This document shows, one piece after another, positions 48,684 to 60,891 of a DNA stretch of 64,000 nucleotides. This DNA comes from Calcarisporiella thermophila CBS 279.70. Taxonomy: Eukaryota; Fungi; Calcarisporiellomycota. The stretch is taken from positions 85,271-149,270 of the forward strand of contig NW_027192221.1 in the NCBI RefSeq assembly GCF_041956535.1, in the 5' to 3' direction. The notes under the pieces were generated by a model. It saw nothing but the letters and a program-made list of their open reading frames with translations, ran no database searches and had not been told where the DNA came from. The position numbers and the translations under genes are program-made. Position 1 is the first letter of the stretch. Each line of letters opens with the position of its first letter.

Positions 48684-49472
48684 TTACCACGAGGGGACCG
48701 TTTGGTACCAGCCAAACTTTTGTTGTTCATACATTTGCACGGGATGCAACGGAAATGCCCCATTGGGAGTATTGACACAGAAATAGGGTTGCTGTTGGGC
48801 GACGCCCGTGTTGAAATCAAACGAGTACCGCGGAGTGACCGGTAGCCACATGGAGGGGGATGGTGAGCGACCAGTTGAGGCTGAGGAGGGCGACGAGCGT
48901 TCCAAAGTCTGCGGCTGCTGTTGTAGCTGAGGGTGGTGCTGCGGCTGGGAATGGGGTTGTGCGGCGGCTTGGACTTGACTTTGTAAAGAGAATGGTTCAT
49001 GGGTGCGCTGATGACGAATAAGCGTTGTTCGCCGGGTGAACTGCTTCCCGCACCTTGGGAAATGGCAAGCGTAGGGCTTCAAACCAGTGTGGGTTCTCCG
49101 ATGGCGGGCAAGCGAACTCGAGTCTGAGAAGCTTCTACCGCAACCGGGATGCTCGCAAGTATGCGGCTGCTCGCCCGTATGGGTGCGCAGATGCACGGTG
49201 AGAGCACTTCGCTGAATAAATCGTTTGCCGCAACCGGGCCACTGGCACCCAAACGGCCGCTCGCCCGTGTGGATTCTCTGGTGTCTTATGAGGTCCGAGC
49301 GGCGCACAAAAGCCTTTCCGCACTCGGCAAAGGCGCAGATGTAGGGACGGTCTCCTGTTGTGACAGCGGCGGGAGAGAGCCCTAGACGCTGGTGGGAGGC
49401 CGCCATGGCGGCAAGCGTTACGAGAGACTGGCGACTGTCATTCGGGTTGTTAAGTATACTCTGAATGTCCAT
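48684..49472 (-). CDS. C2H2 zinc-finger transcription factor (4 fingers), paralogue B
   Basis: [28 protein letters not shown] and [10 protein letters not shown]. Starts [10 protein letters not shown]-rich tail. Confidence 0.92.
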   Translation of the reverse strand: MDIQSILNNPNDSRQSLVTLAAMAASHQRLGLSPAAVTTGDRPYICAFAECGKAFVRRSDLIRHQRIHTGERPFGCQWPGCGKRFIQRSALTVHLRTHTGEQPHTCEHPGCGRSFSDSSSLARHRRTHTGLKPYACHFPRCGKQFTRRTTLIRHQRTHEPFSLQSQVQAAAQPHSQPQHHPQLQQQPQTLERSSPSSASTGRSPSPSMWLPVTPRYSFDFNTGVAQQQPYFCVNTPNGAFPLHPVQMYEQQKFGWYQTVPSW

Positions 49473-51746
49473 CACACTACGGAAAGAAGCTGTATATATA
49501 TATACAAAGAAAAAAAAAAAGAAAGAAAAAAGAGAGGGAAAAGGAAGAAAACGATGCAACCTCTCAGTCACAGAAAGCGTGCGTATAAGTTGAGGTGTAT
49601 GACTACAATTCCAGAAGATGAAGGTTGGAAACTATTTTCAGAGAAAAAACGGGGGAGTGCGGCCGAAGGAATAAGGGTTATTTATAAGAATGTAAGACCA
49701 CCACGAAGTGATGGATAAGGAGAGTATAATCAAGTGAATCTCTACCTATGATCACCCGCTTTTTTGTTTTCCTTGCAACGCACGGGGAATGGGCGTTTAA
49801 GGTCAGCGTTACACCGATAAGCTCTATTTGACATGTGTCACTTTATAATGGGAGATGTCCCTGTGGGTGTGAGCGCTTGCAATTTTCCTTGTAGTTAGAT
49901 CGGAGAGGGAGGCCAGATCACATTCCACAAGCCGCAAAGGGGGGGAGGGAATCGACGCGCGGAGGAAATCAAGCGGGCATCCAAGCGACGGAGCTGGCAT
50001 GCTTGCTGAGAAAAATAGTTTAGATAAGGAGGCATCATATTATCCGAAACTCACACAGAATTAATAATGAATACTAGGTGCCAAACTGGTTTCACGCACT
50101 GGGACATCTCAAACTAAATTCATTATCTAAGCATTTTCCGATGAACAGATTTTACGATATTTTCAGGCACCATTTCGTGAGAACGGGCCAGGTGGCAAAC
50201 ACATGATTCCGTCTGGAATTTGCGGGCGCAATGCACCAAGCTTGACTTTGGCAGCGGACGGTCCTTGTCTTTGGCATCGGTCAGGTGAACTGGTCCATGT
50301 GCTTTCTTTTTAAAGTGGTTTCATTGACCATATAGGGCCCTCTCCCTTGTTGGTGGAATACACGCAAGATTCATTTCGCTGTCATTTATTCTGTTTTTTT
50401 GCGGGTCTAATCTCAATTTGGCCCTGCGGTGCGAGTTCGGAGGGCAGGCGAAATGAGTCTGCCGTGCTGGGAGTCTCTCGACGCTCGCCAATTGTTTGCT
50501 GCCATTTTGCTTTCGGACTGTGTTCTTGGAACAGTCGAGTGTTGAACACCTTGCGACAAGCTGACCCTCAGCAATATGGTAATAAGATTGACTTCTGGAA
50601 TCCTGGGAGGTTGCACCACCTTATTAGAATGACACCGGCCTCGAACGATATTCTGAAATATTCCAAAATGGTACCCCGCAAACATGGAGCCGCATTTAAT
50701 TTTTGCAAGCGACACCCCGGTTATTCCTCTCTCGAAGTCAATGGAGGTGTATACTACCGGAGTTTCGTTTAGATTGGCGCTTGACAGCTAGTTCCCCTAT
50801 TATTTTGAGACAAAGGATATCGACAGTAGTTTGACCCCGTTCCGAAGTAGAGGCTAGGAAAAGATACTATTCATAAGGTTGGTCTCTAATCCGCGCCTCT
50901 ATTAATACGGCTTGATCACTGACTTTTTCTATTAATATATAATAGATCCCCCGCTGGAGTAAGTAATTAATAGAATATGCGTTGGTTCACACAAGTATCT
51001 CAGAAGTAAATGGAAATAGAATGGAGAGAGGGAGCGATTTGTGACCACTGAAAAAAAAGGTAAAAATCGTTGATTTTTTTTCTTTTTTAGACAACCATGG
51101 AGAATTCTGGTAGCCACAACACAAATACCCCGCTTTAATATACGCCCCAACTTGATGCGTTTGGATTCTTCAAGGACGATGGGGTACACCTCCAGGCACT
51201 TTCTCTCCGCTCCTTATATGGTCCGACTAAGTGGATTCATTTTTTATTAAGTTTTTATTAGTCAGAATATTGGGGCGTCTGAAATAAACCATTACTTGCC
51301 CTTGATAACTCTGACGCGCGACCTTGATTGCACCAAAATGAGTTTTACTAATGTTGTATTAACCGTTAAGCAGAGGGAGTGTAGACTTCAGTGCGATAGT
51401 TGTGGTTAAGGATCCTTTGAATGATACTAGAAATTTCCCCAAGCTCACGCATCAGCTCTCGCGGAGTATAACTAATGGCTGCTTAGCTGGGCGGTTTTCT
51501 TTTATTATATTTTTTTTTTGCGACGACTCTAACAAAGCATACAGCATAATATAATACACTACAATCTAGTGATAATACTGTAGATCATATTCAGCTTCAT
51601 TTACTTAAAATGCTGGTATTATTTTAACACAGCTCGCTTGAGAAACTATAAAGGGCTCAAATGGCGTAAAAATAAACGCAAACTAACAAGGTTGAATTTG
51701 TACTAGCTTCTGACACTATCACAAAAAGAGTGGAACAAGGAAGTAA

Positions 51747-52625
51747 TCAAGGCAACACCGTTTTCCTGTACTTTTTTGCGATCCAAACTTCCACTGCGAT
51801 ACCGTGGAGGATCATGGCAATAAAGCTTGCAGACCCGGCAAAGGTCACCCCTGTCAAACTGCCTGTGACCGGAACGGCTATCGCACTTACGCCTTTGGGG
51901 CAAGCAGAGTCCGGGAGATCTTCGCACCTTAATGCTTCGTAGAACTTCTGCGCGCCTGACTCATGAATTGAATCAAGCATGGGAAAAACAATGGCAATAA
52001 TAACCCGCACAGAAAGGATGGAGGAGGCTAGGACCATGGCGCGTAGCATCCACTCACGATGGCGTTGGATACGCTTGCGGCGGATATTGATGTATCCCAT
52101 GATCATGCTGAACACAACGGCCGTGCCAGCGACAACATTGACTGCCTGAGTATTTATTGTGAAGGCATAGCCATACCGGACAAGAATTCCGGCCCCCACG
52201 AGACCCAATGTCATAAACAAGAACCATGCTCGTCCCGCCCACCGGTGGTACGAGATACAGCGTTTGCGTATGGCCGGGATAAACTGGAAAAAGGCCAAGA
52301 CTGCGGCCGGCAGGGCCCCTGCCAGGTGCAACTGCATCCCGATCACCATTAACGAGGATCGATCGAGTGGTTTAGGCCCAAATATGCCACGACTCCATAC
52401 CACCATTGGATCGTAATACTCCATGCGGGCCAATGCAAACCCCATAAATGCGCCTGCAAATACAAACCACAACGATGCCGTCAGTAAAGAGTCAAACCCG
52501 AGAAATGTGACGATCTTGCTGCGCCAACTGTCGCTTTTCATGGTGGGGTTTGGGGGTGGGTCGAGGGGAACGACGACCGTCTCTAAAGCGTCGGAGGAGT
52601 TGATATTTTTCGGAGCGGCTTCCAT
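51747..52625 (-). CDS. DUF2306-like multi-pass membrane protein
   Basis: LHLAGALP...FQFIPAIRKR..YHRWAGR and RIQRHREWMLR. Conserved His residues in or near TM helices. Intronless. Confidence 0.8.
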   Translation of the reverse strand: MEAAPKNINSSDALETVVVPLDPPPNPTMKSDSWRSKIVTFLGFDSLLTASLWFVFAGAFMGFALARMEYYDPMVVWSRGIFGPKPLDRSSLMVIGMQLHLAGALPAAVLAFFQFIPAIRKRCISYHRWAGRAWFLFMTLGLVGAGILVRYGYAFTINTQAVNVVAGTAVVFSMIMGYINIRRKRIQRHREWMLRAMVLASSILSVRVIIAIVFPMLDSIHESGAQKFYEALRCEDLPDSACPKGVSAIAVPVTGSLTGVTFAGSASFIAMILHGIAVEVWIAKKYRKTVLP

Positions 52626-54868
52626 GGGTATTCAATTACTGAAGAGATGAAAGAAGGATACGGACTTTTGAGCAGTACATATAACTTGAATATGCCAAGT
52701 GTTCATAGTAAGCAGCGTTCAATTTGACAAAAATCCTTGGCAACTGATCATAGTGTACATATTACTTCGAAATTGATTAGAGTTTAAAAACTGTGGCGAA
52801 TAGGCCCATTCTGCTTAAATTGCTTCGCAATCTTGGCTAATTTTTTCTAAGATTTCCTAAAGATTTACCAGTCATCAGGACAACTCATACACTGTGGTGA
52901 GTCTCTAGCTAAAACTAGGTTACACTAAACAGAGCTCTCCTTGGATTTTTTGGTGTGGTGGCCTAAAGATATAGCCGAAGATGAAATGGTCAAAATATCT
53001 AACCCAACTTCAGCAATGCCCAGCAATGTTGGTGATCTAAATATAAAAATTATGGCTTTCTAGAAGATCGTACAGCGACCCTTGGCCGCCCTTACAACTA
53101 TCCCTCTCAGAAATTTCCCCGTTCCCCCTCCCCCCCCTTAATTACTCTCTCTCATGACGATTGGTGAGGAAGATGGGAATAGCCGGAGCTGGACCAAATT
53201 GAATTCCTCCACAGCTGTTAATACATCATATAATAAATAAATAAATAAAATGGTGTGAGGATTTAATTTCATTATCATAGTATTCTGTGAGTCAACATGA
53301 GTTCTTTTATGCTAGCATTATGGTAGTAACCTCTAATTGCAATGGCTATTGAAAACCCATTCGCAGTGACAAAGTGGTTGTAAGAATTGGGTATCAAGAT
53401 AGATAAATGTTATCTTTTTTATGACTAGCCGACGGTAATACTTTGATATAAAGGGGTCTTTATATGAGCAGCAAAAGTAACATCTGCTAATTCGTGCGTT
53501 GCCGCTGAAGCCCTGTAACGGCATCCACCTGGCAGCCAAGAGGCAGGGCAAGCAGATCGACGCGTCACGGCGCCTTGTTAAATGGCCAATGGCTCGCATT
53601 ATGAAGGGTATAAAGAGTCGCGCAGAAAAGATGGTCGAAGAGTGGGCCACAGCTAGGCTATGTGGCGCCGAGATCTTGAGAAATTGGGAGTATGCTGGTC
53701 AATCCAGAATTCCAACGTTTGATAGGAAGCTTGGTATACTACATTTTCATTTTCTGTTCTACCAGAATAGGCTGATGATTGCGCAAGGGTGTACAATGAG
53801 TTGATGCAAACACGTTCTCATTTACAGACTTGGTTTTAGACAGAGCAGATAGAAGTCCAACCGGAAAAACGATGTTGAGGTGGTCGAGGTTGTGGGTGTG
53901 AAACAATGGTTCAAGCCTGGCACTGATAGATCTGAGCTGCCAATTTAAAAGCCTAAAGCGGGATGGACTCCCAAAATTAGATCGATTCAATAGTGAAGCT
54001 TCATAAAATACGAGATAAAGTGACTCAAGAAGTCAGTCACGACGGCCAATTAACCCAGTAGCGCATTCGAATCTGAGTTGAGTTTTACCTTTAGATTGAG
54101 ACATGTTAACCATTTTTCATTTAATTTTTTTCAATGTAACGACAAGCGCTAGCAAATCTGATCCCGGAGAGTATCATGACAACTCGGCTGCCGTTTATCT
54201 CTGATACTTGAAGGCACGCCTTTATTCGCATTGCCGAATATCCCGGTCCGAGCGGAGTCCCAATTATAACCCTTGAATTCCGTTGCGATCGAATTGGCAA
54301 GGATTTGAGCTAACACTTTAGTTATGAGGCATTAACTTGTCTTCTGGTAATCTGAGCGCCAGTGTAAATTCTAAATCATGCCCTCTGAATTGAACCACTC
54401 CACTTGTTCTATTATGGCAAAGATCCCAGGATGCAGTGGTAGTGTGCTAGTCTCGGAGATTAATTTCATTCGCGTATGACTAGCAATTGTAAGGCAATAG
54501 AAAGATGGCACCATTTTAATTGATCTTTAGCACTAGAAACTCTCCTCTCCGCCTTGACGACAACTTGGAAGGTGCTTTTGGCACGTCGAGCCCACCATTT
54601 TTGCTTCATGAACCCCTAGATACGTTAGGGATATATCGAGGATAATGGGAATGACTGAACCTTTTTATCATTATGACTATCTGTGCTATCGAAATATTTC
54701 CAGATTTCTCCGGATGCTGACCTTGGTCCAACTGAAACAGAGATAGCTTGCGCATGTGACTGCCATCTTATATAGAGATTCTCTTTTTGAGATTTTCAAT
54801 TTTAACACCTATCTTATTTTATGATCATTTCAGCCCAAATAGTTTTATTCTGACCATTTTGATTAATT

Positions 54869-55953
54869 ATGGCAACGTCCTACAAGCATAAACCCCCTCT
54901 GACTCACCCCTCCGCAGCCGAGCTCGAAGATTCTGAATCTTCCTCCGATCAGGGGTGGATTATCCCGCGTCATTCAGATAGCATTTCGAGGCGCGAAGCT
55001 AGAACAAGTGGCAGCGACGAGGACTGGCATGTTCTCTCTCCCCATCCCACCATCTCAGCAGAATCTACTGGATCTTCCATCGGTGCACATGGGATCGGGA
55101 TAGAGACGGAGAGCGAGGTGGAGAAAGAGGGAGAGGGTCTATGGAGCTCGCTGCCCGTTCACGATGGAACAGGGCGATTTGTGGCCAAAAGCGAACCGAG
55201 CGTGGATGAAGGGGATACAAATGTGGGTGAATTGTCCTTAGAGATGCTACAGAAAGAAATGAAGTTAGAGAATGCCAACGTGGAGAGAAACGAAGGGGAA
55301 AGCAGCGACAGAACAGGTCTGCTGGAGAGGCTTAGAATGACGCTATCCATGTTTTGGAGAGGACTTTATTTGGGTGAATTTATGGAGAATTCAGTAAGGA
55401 TCATTATTCTACTTTGCGCAAGTACGTGTTCGATGAACTCACGTGTGGCTCTTTGTGTTTTCTATAGGAAATGCTGTCGCATGCTGACCGCAGATCTTCC
55501 ATGGAGGATATTCTCCGCCTCCACCGACGTGCAATCACGACCTCCGCTTTCCCCCCTTCTTTTGACGCCTATACATCCGCCTCTCCCTTTTCTCAATACG
55601 CTTCTTCTCGTGGGGGTCGCTTCATATCTGAACAACGCTGGCGACAGTTGCTCAAAGACCCACGCAATTTACCCATCATCCTTTTGCGAACGGTCTGTGA
55701 GGCACTTGGAAGCGTTGGAGAGTATCTGATCGAACAGGATATGATTGTGGCCGAAATACTGGCCCAGATTGGCGAGGAACGAGGCGTGGTGGAAAGCAAC
55801 GATGGGTTAGATGAAGAGGAGGATTGGTGGAGGCCACCCTCCCAGCAACCGCTCCGGCGTACCCGGAGCGAATGTGCCATGGAGCGCAGACGTCGGCGTT
55901 TGCAGCTAGAAGGAGAGGAGTGGGGCAAGAGTAGCGAGGAAATAACTGCATAG
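54869..55953 (+). CDS. Acidic disordered protein with W-x-x-L-type motifs and an LPxHDGxGxF motif; 2 exons
   Basis: Phase-0 intron 55394-55467 joins ORFs 54869 and 55471. SDEDWHVL and LPVHDGTGRF. Confidence 0.75.
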
Positions 55954-56997
55954 AGCTAGATGGTTTCACGAATCGATTCCTTGGTTTGACTTCGTTTCTG
56001 GTGTTTCTTGCATCCTTCCTTTCCACGAGTTTAAATTTTGCTTTCTAAACATATGTATTTGTTCATACCTTGAACGGTATTTTTACAGTTTATTATTTAC
56101 AGCTCTTTTAGAGATCTCCATCCTTTCGGTTGTTCTTCCTTACGATTTTGTGTTTGGCCTTGCTGCCCCTCCACCCTTTTGCTCGATTACTTTTCTACAA
56201 GATCTCTTCTTTTTTCAATTTTCATTCCGCTCTCCCTAAAATAAATTCAAAGCGAACCGAAGCCCCCTCTCAGTATAGATTAGCCCTCTTCCCTCTATTC
56301 GGCTCCATGGTGGAATCGATCTCCACGGCGAGACGAGGCAGACTTTTCATAGCTTCGGCTAACTGACACATTGGCCTGTGCGTCAGAATATTCACATGTT
56401 GGTTACTTGTAAAAAATTTACCGATATTAATAACTGGATTTCATTGAACTTGTCACCTCTCATTGTGCCAGCTTAGAGGGATTGCACCTTCCGCTAAGCC
56501 TCTTGTTTCTAAGCCGGGGACAATCTTGTCTAGTCAGGCATTATGTTGGTTGCAAGCAGGGAACGAAATCATGTCAGCCCCTAGAAAAGACGTCAAATAA
56601 TTCATCGGGCCAGCCAATTCATCCAGCAATATACAAAAAGGGTGGATATTGATGAGCAACATCACTGTAGCCCAACTTACCTTGTTTGTTGCACCTTGAA
56701 ATGCGATATTAGCTACAATCAATATTAAGGGTCCAAATCAATGCATTTATGCAAATGTCGAAGATGTTTCTAGTGAGACTATGCTTAGGTTTTAAAGAGA
56801 AATTTATCGTAAATCATGTTTCATGATGTCAACTGTCATGGTAAAGCATGCTTCTTGGAAAAAAAAAAAAAGGCTACAATTTTTCCTTATATTACTAAGT
56901 CAGATGGCCGCAAATACTTATAGAAAGGTAGGACTCTCTATTGGAATTCGATGGTTGGAAATCTCAATGGTTTTTTTGTTAATTCTATGAAGTGAAT

Positions 56998-58106
56998 ATG
57001 AACTTTTCATACAATCTTAGAGACTGGGGGCAATTTCTGCTGGGGCCGTTTCGGCAATATTATATAGACATGCTCTACCTCCTCTATGTGGAGCCATCGT
57101 GCATGATTGGCAAGACGGTACTCATTACAGGAGGACATAGCGGTGAGTTTGCAATACGATTCTATCTTTCCCCATCTGCTTCCAATGTTTAACCAACTTT
57201 GACCTCCCTCTTGGTGCAATAGGAATCGGCTACGAGACTTCTCGCATGATTGCAGAGATGGAGGCGAATGTCATAATTGCCTACCACAAGGGAAGGGATG
57301 GGGTGGCGAAAAAAGCGGTGCAAGAGCTCCAGGAGAGAACGGGAAACAAGCAAATTGAGGCGTGGCCTGTTGAGATGGCTTCTCTCCAGTCTGTTCGCAA
57401 ACTTGCCGAGCGCTTCCTGGCCACCAACAAGCCCCTCGACGTGCTTATCAACAACATCGGGGGGGCAAATTCTTCGGAGACCATAACGGAGGATGGACAC
57501 GAATACACACTCCAAGTGAACTATTTATCGCTCTTCCTTCTAACGGAACTTCTGCGACCGGCCCTTGTCAAAGCCAGCGCACCCAGGGTTGTCAATGTGG
57601 TCTCCGTGGCCCACTACATTGGCCATGTAAACTTAAGGAAGTTGAACGGCGGCTGGTTCTATCATCCCCTTATTGCCTATGGGAATGCGAAGCTGATGTG
57701 CATGCTTTATACCATGGAGCTGTCAAGGCGGCTTCAACGGGAGAACCCGGTAAGCTTTCAATCTGGGCAGAAGGGGGTGATTGAATGCTAACCCTTGCAT
57801 GTTGAATCATAGAGAGCAGCTGTCCATGCTCTCCATCCGGGGATAGTCAAATCCAACTTTTGGCACCAGGTGTGTAATGAATTTCGCTGCCCATTTTTCA
57901 GGGCCTATTTTCAGCTCAGCATTCGTACGTTCCAAGAAGGAGCCATGACGACGGTGCATGTGGCCGTGAGCGATGAGGCTGGAAGTTGTACGGGAAAATA
58001 TTGGAATGATTCCAGGATTGCAACGCCGAGTGCACTTGCCTATGATGAGGCATTGGCGATCCATTTGTGGGATTACACAGAGAAAGTGTTGGGATATCCG
58101 AAGTAG
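56998..58106 (+). CDS. Short-chain dehydrogenase/reductase (RDH/WWOX-like), tandem copy 1; 3 exons
   Basis: TGGHSGIG after splicing (intron 57143-57222). Catalytic YGNAK. LHPGIV after intron 57750-57812. Confidence 0.92.
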
Positions 58107-58745
58107 GTTCTGTGGTTCCCCCCCCCCCTCCCCTCGGATAAGAAGTTCATACAAAACGCGTGGAAACGCTTTGTGTATCCATCCAATATATATTTATTTA
58201 ATAAAGATCGAGCTGCCTTGTATCGAATTTATTTATCATCAGGCGTATCTTCAGCAAGCTCCTCTCCCTCAAGCCCAGACTTGGCCGAGCCTTGGACTAG
58301 GCCAATGAATACGAGAGGCCGCGCCTCAGGGAGAATACAATGAAAATCGTTAGCCTCTCAAGACGGCTAAATAAGTAGAGTCAAGGGATAGGCGAGATAA
58401 CTCTATTCATCTCGTTAAGCGGGTGAGCTCAAGTGGCCGAAGCTTGGATGCTAAATACAAGCTTGACTTAAGAGATTACTGTTATTATGTATCCACAAGC
58501 CATGGGAATATATAAGGGTGAGTTCTGTGCAAGAAAGTCTATTAGAAAATCTAGATAACCAAGGCAGACAACGCGCGTCCTATCGGCTGATTTATGATCC
58601 CGTCCGTCAAATCACAAATTGTGGAGAAAATAGAATATAAAATTTAAAATGAAAGGAAAATTTGCTCGTGAAAAAAAAAAAGCCGAAGGAGCAACTTGAA
58701 ATTTTTGGCTCGAGGAACGAATAATCAACCATTCTTTCTATCAGG

Positions 58746-59874
58746 ATGAGCAGTCTATATAATTTCGTAAAAGGCTGGAGTGTTGTCGTATTCGATCCCG
58801 TAATACAATTGCTCCACGACAAGTTCTCCTCCGCTATGCATGTTGAACCTGTCAGCATGCATGGCAAGACAGTGCTCATTACGGGTGGTCACAGCGGTGG
58901 GCATGCAACTTTACTCTCTCCTTTATGTCACCAACTATTAAACATTCCCCTTCCCCTCCCCCTCCCCCGAATTCCCTCTTTTGGCGAATAGGAATCGGCT
59001 ACGAGACTTCTCGCATGATTGCAGAGATGGAGGCGAATGTCATAATTGCCTACCACAAGGGAAGAGATGAGGTGGCGAAAAGAGTGGTGCAAGAGCTCCA
59101 AGAGAGAACGGGAAACAAGCAAATCGAGGCGTGGCCTGTTGAGATGGCTTCTCTCCAGTCTGTTCGCGAACTCGCCGAGCGCTTCCTGGCCACCAACAAG
59201 CCCCTCGACGTGCTTATCAACAACATCGGGGGGACCAGCTCGTCGAAGATCATCAGCGAGGATGGATATGAATACACATTCCAAATTAATTATCTATCGC
59301 TCTTTCTGCTAACAGAGCTTCTGCGGCCGGCCCTTGTCAAAGCCAGCGCGCCCAGGGTCGTCAATGTAGCCTCGGTGGTTCACTATATTGGCCATGTGAA
59401 CTTTAAGAATTTTAACAGTGACTGGTTCTATCATCCCCTGATTGCCTATGGGAATGCGAAGCTGATGTGCATGCTTTATACCATGGAGCTGTCGAAGCGG
59501 CTTCAACGCGAGAACCCGGTAAGCTTTTCACCGGGGTCGAGGGAGGGATCGAGTGCTAACCATGGTTCACGTCACTGTAGAACGCCGTGGTCCATGCCCT
59601 CCACCCAGGGGTCGTCAAAACCAACATATGGAAGAAAGACTACCCCATGATAGTCCGGGTGCTCATTTTCTTTTATCTCGGCTTGGCCTTCCGCAATTTG
59701 GTCCAGGGAGCCATGACGACGGTGCATGTGGCCGTGAGCGAGGAGGCCGGAAGTTGCACGGGAAAGTTCTGGGAGTCGTGTCGGCTCACTAAACCAAGTG
59801 CGCGTGCTTGCGATGAGAAGCTGGCCGCAGAGCTGTGGGAGCGCACGGAGCACATGTTGGGGCTGGATCGTTAG
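58746..59874 (+). CDS. Short-chain dehydrogenase/reductase (RDH/WWOX-like), tandem copy 2; 3 exons
   Basis: Same motifs and intron positions as copy 1 (introns about 58896-58991 and 59519-59580). Confidence 0.92.
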
Positions 59875-60019
59875 ACCTGTGTACCCTCCTTTGGATTTTC
59901 GTTTTACTTATTATTGCGCATGAAAAGATGGATGATGCTGAGGATGGCTGTATTAGTGTACTACACCATTAATTTATTACAGTATTTACTATAAGGAAAA
60001 GCAAGAATCAGAAAGATGT

Positions 60020-60048
60020 GTTGTTGTTGTTGTTGTTGTTGTTGTTGT
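60020..60048 (+). repeat. (GTT)n microsatellite
   Basis: About 10 GTT units between the convergent 3' ends of SDR copy 2 and SNRNP25. Confidence 0.9.
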
Positions 60049-60072
60049 AGGCGGTAGAGATGGCCGCTGGCG

Positions 60073-60660
60073 TTAGTCTGAATTTTTCCTCACGAAGCGT
60101 ATTTGACTTCCTGCGCGAATCCCAAGAGTGTCGAGGCGCGTTTTCTCTCCCGCTAATTTTTGCCCCTCAAACACAAGGCAATATCGGTTCCAGATATACC
60201 TCCTGTGCCCATATCACGCGGTTAAGATTAGGGGAGAGGAGCCGAACAGCAAAGAGCACATACCAGTTGATTTTTCGCTTCGAACCCTGATTCGCGCGCG
60301 TTGCTGCCGTTTGCACCAGCTGCTTCAGCTCGGCCACCGTCGCGCTTTGATGGACGATCACGCCTAAATGGATCCATCAGCGTAAGCAATCTTCCCGCCG
60401 CGAATGAATCGGGAAAAGCTATATAATTTACTCAAGGGGGCGAGTGATCCTCGTAGGATGCTTATGCGAACGGCCGCGCCCTGCTCTAGGGCAATGAGAT
60501 GGTCGATTTCTTGGAGGGTTGGATCGGGGGGCAGATCCGAGAGGAGAGGATCCTGGAGAAGGGAATGGAAGAGGGCGGAAAGCGCGTCTTCGGCCGGGAA
60601 AGGGCCGCTGCTCGTTGGCCCCGTGTTGGCCCTGTGGATTTGGGCTTGGGATCGGGGCAT
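60073..60660 (-). CDS. SNRNP25: U11/U12 snRNP 25-kDa protein (ubiquitin-like fold); 3 exons
   Basis: LLQDPLLSDLP...LIALEQG, then VIV..SATVAELK, KINWRYIWNRYCLVFEGQKL...LGI..GSQIRFVRK. Introns 60364-60431 and 60203-60263. Confidence 0.85.
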
Positions 60661-60891
60661 TGATAGCGTCGCGAGCACAAGCGAAGCCAGCAAGCCAATT
60701 TCGAGGAAAAATGAAGAAGCCAGCTCACATGAAGAGCCTCTCTGCGGAGTTTCAAGTGCGCGATGAAGGTTTTTTCTTAGAAAATCAGAGCTGGAGACTT
60801 GGAAATTCCCTAACTAACTAGCTGGACTCGCAACAGCCACCCTTTGCACTCTGATCCATCATTCCCCTCCCTTCTCCTCCAGCCAAGCGCC

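Noticed and set aside
50347-50772. 141-aa ORF in the intergenic region upstream of zinc-finger paralogue B
   Set aside because: TTG start and no recognisable features.
53499-53990. Coding-looking stretch, possibly a gene relic
   Set aside because: No family assignment or consistent exon structure could be built.
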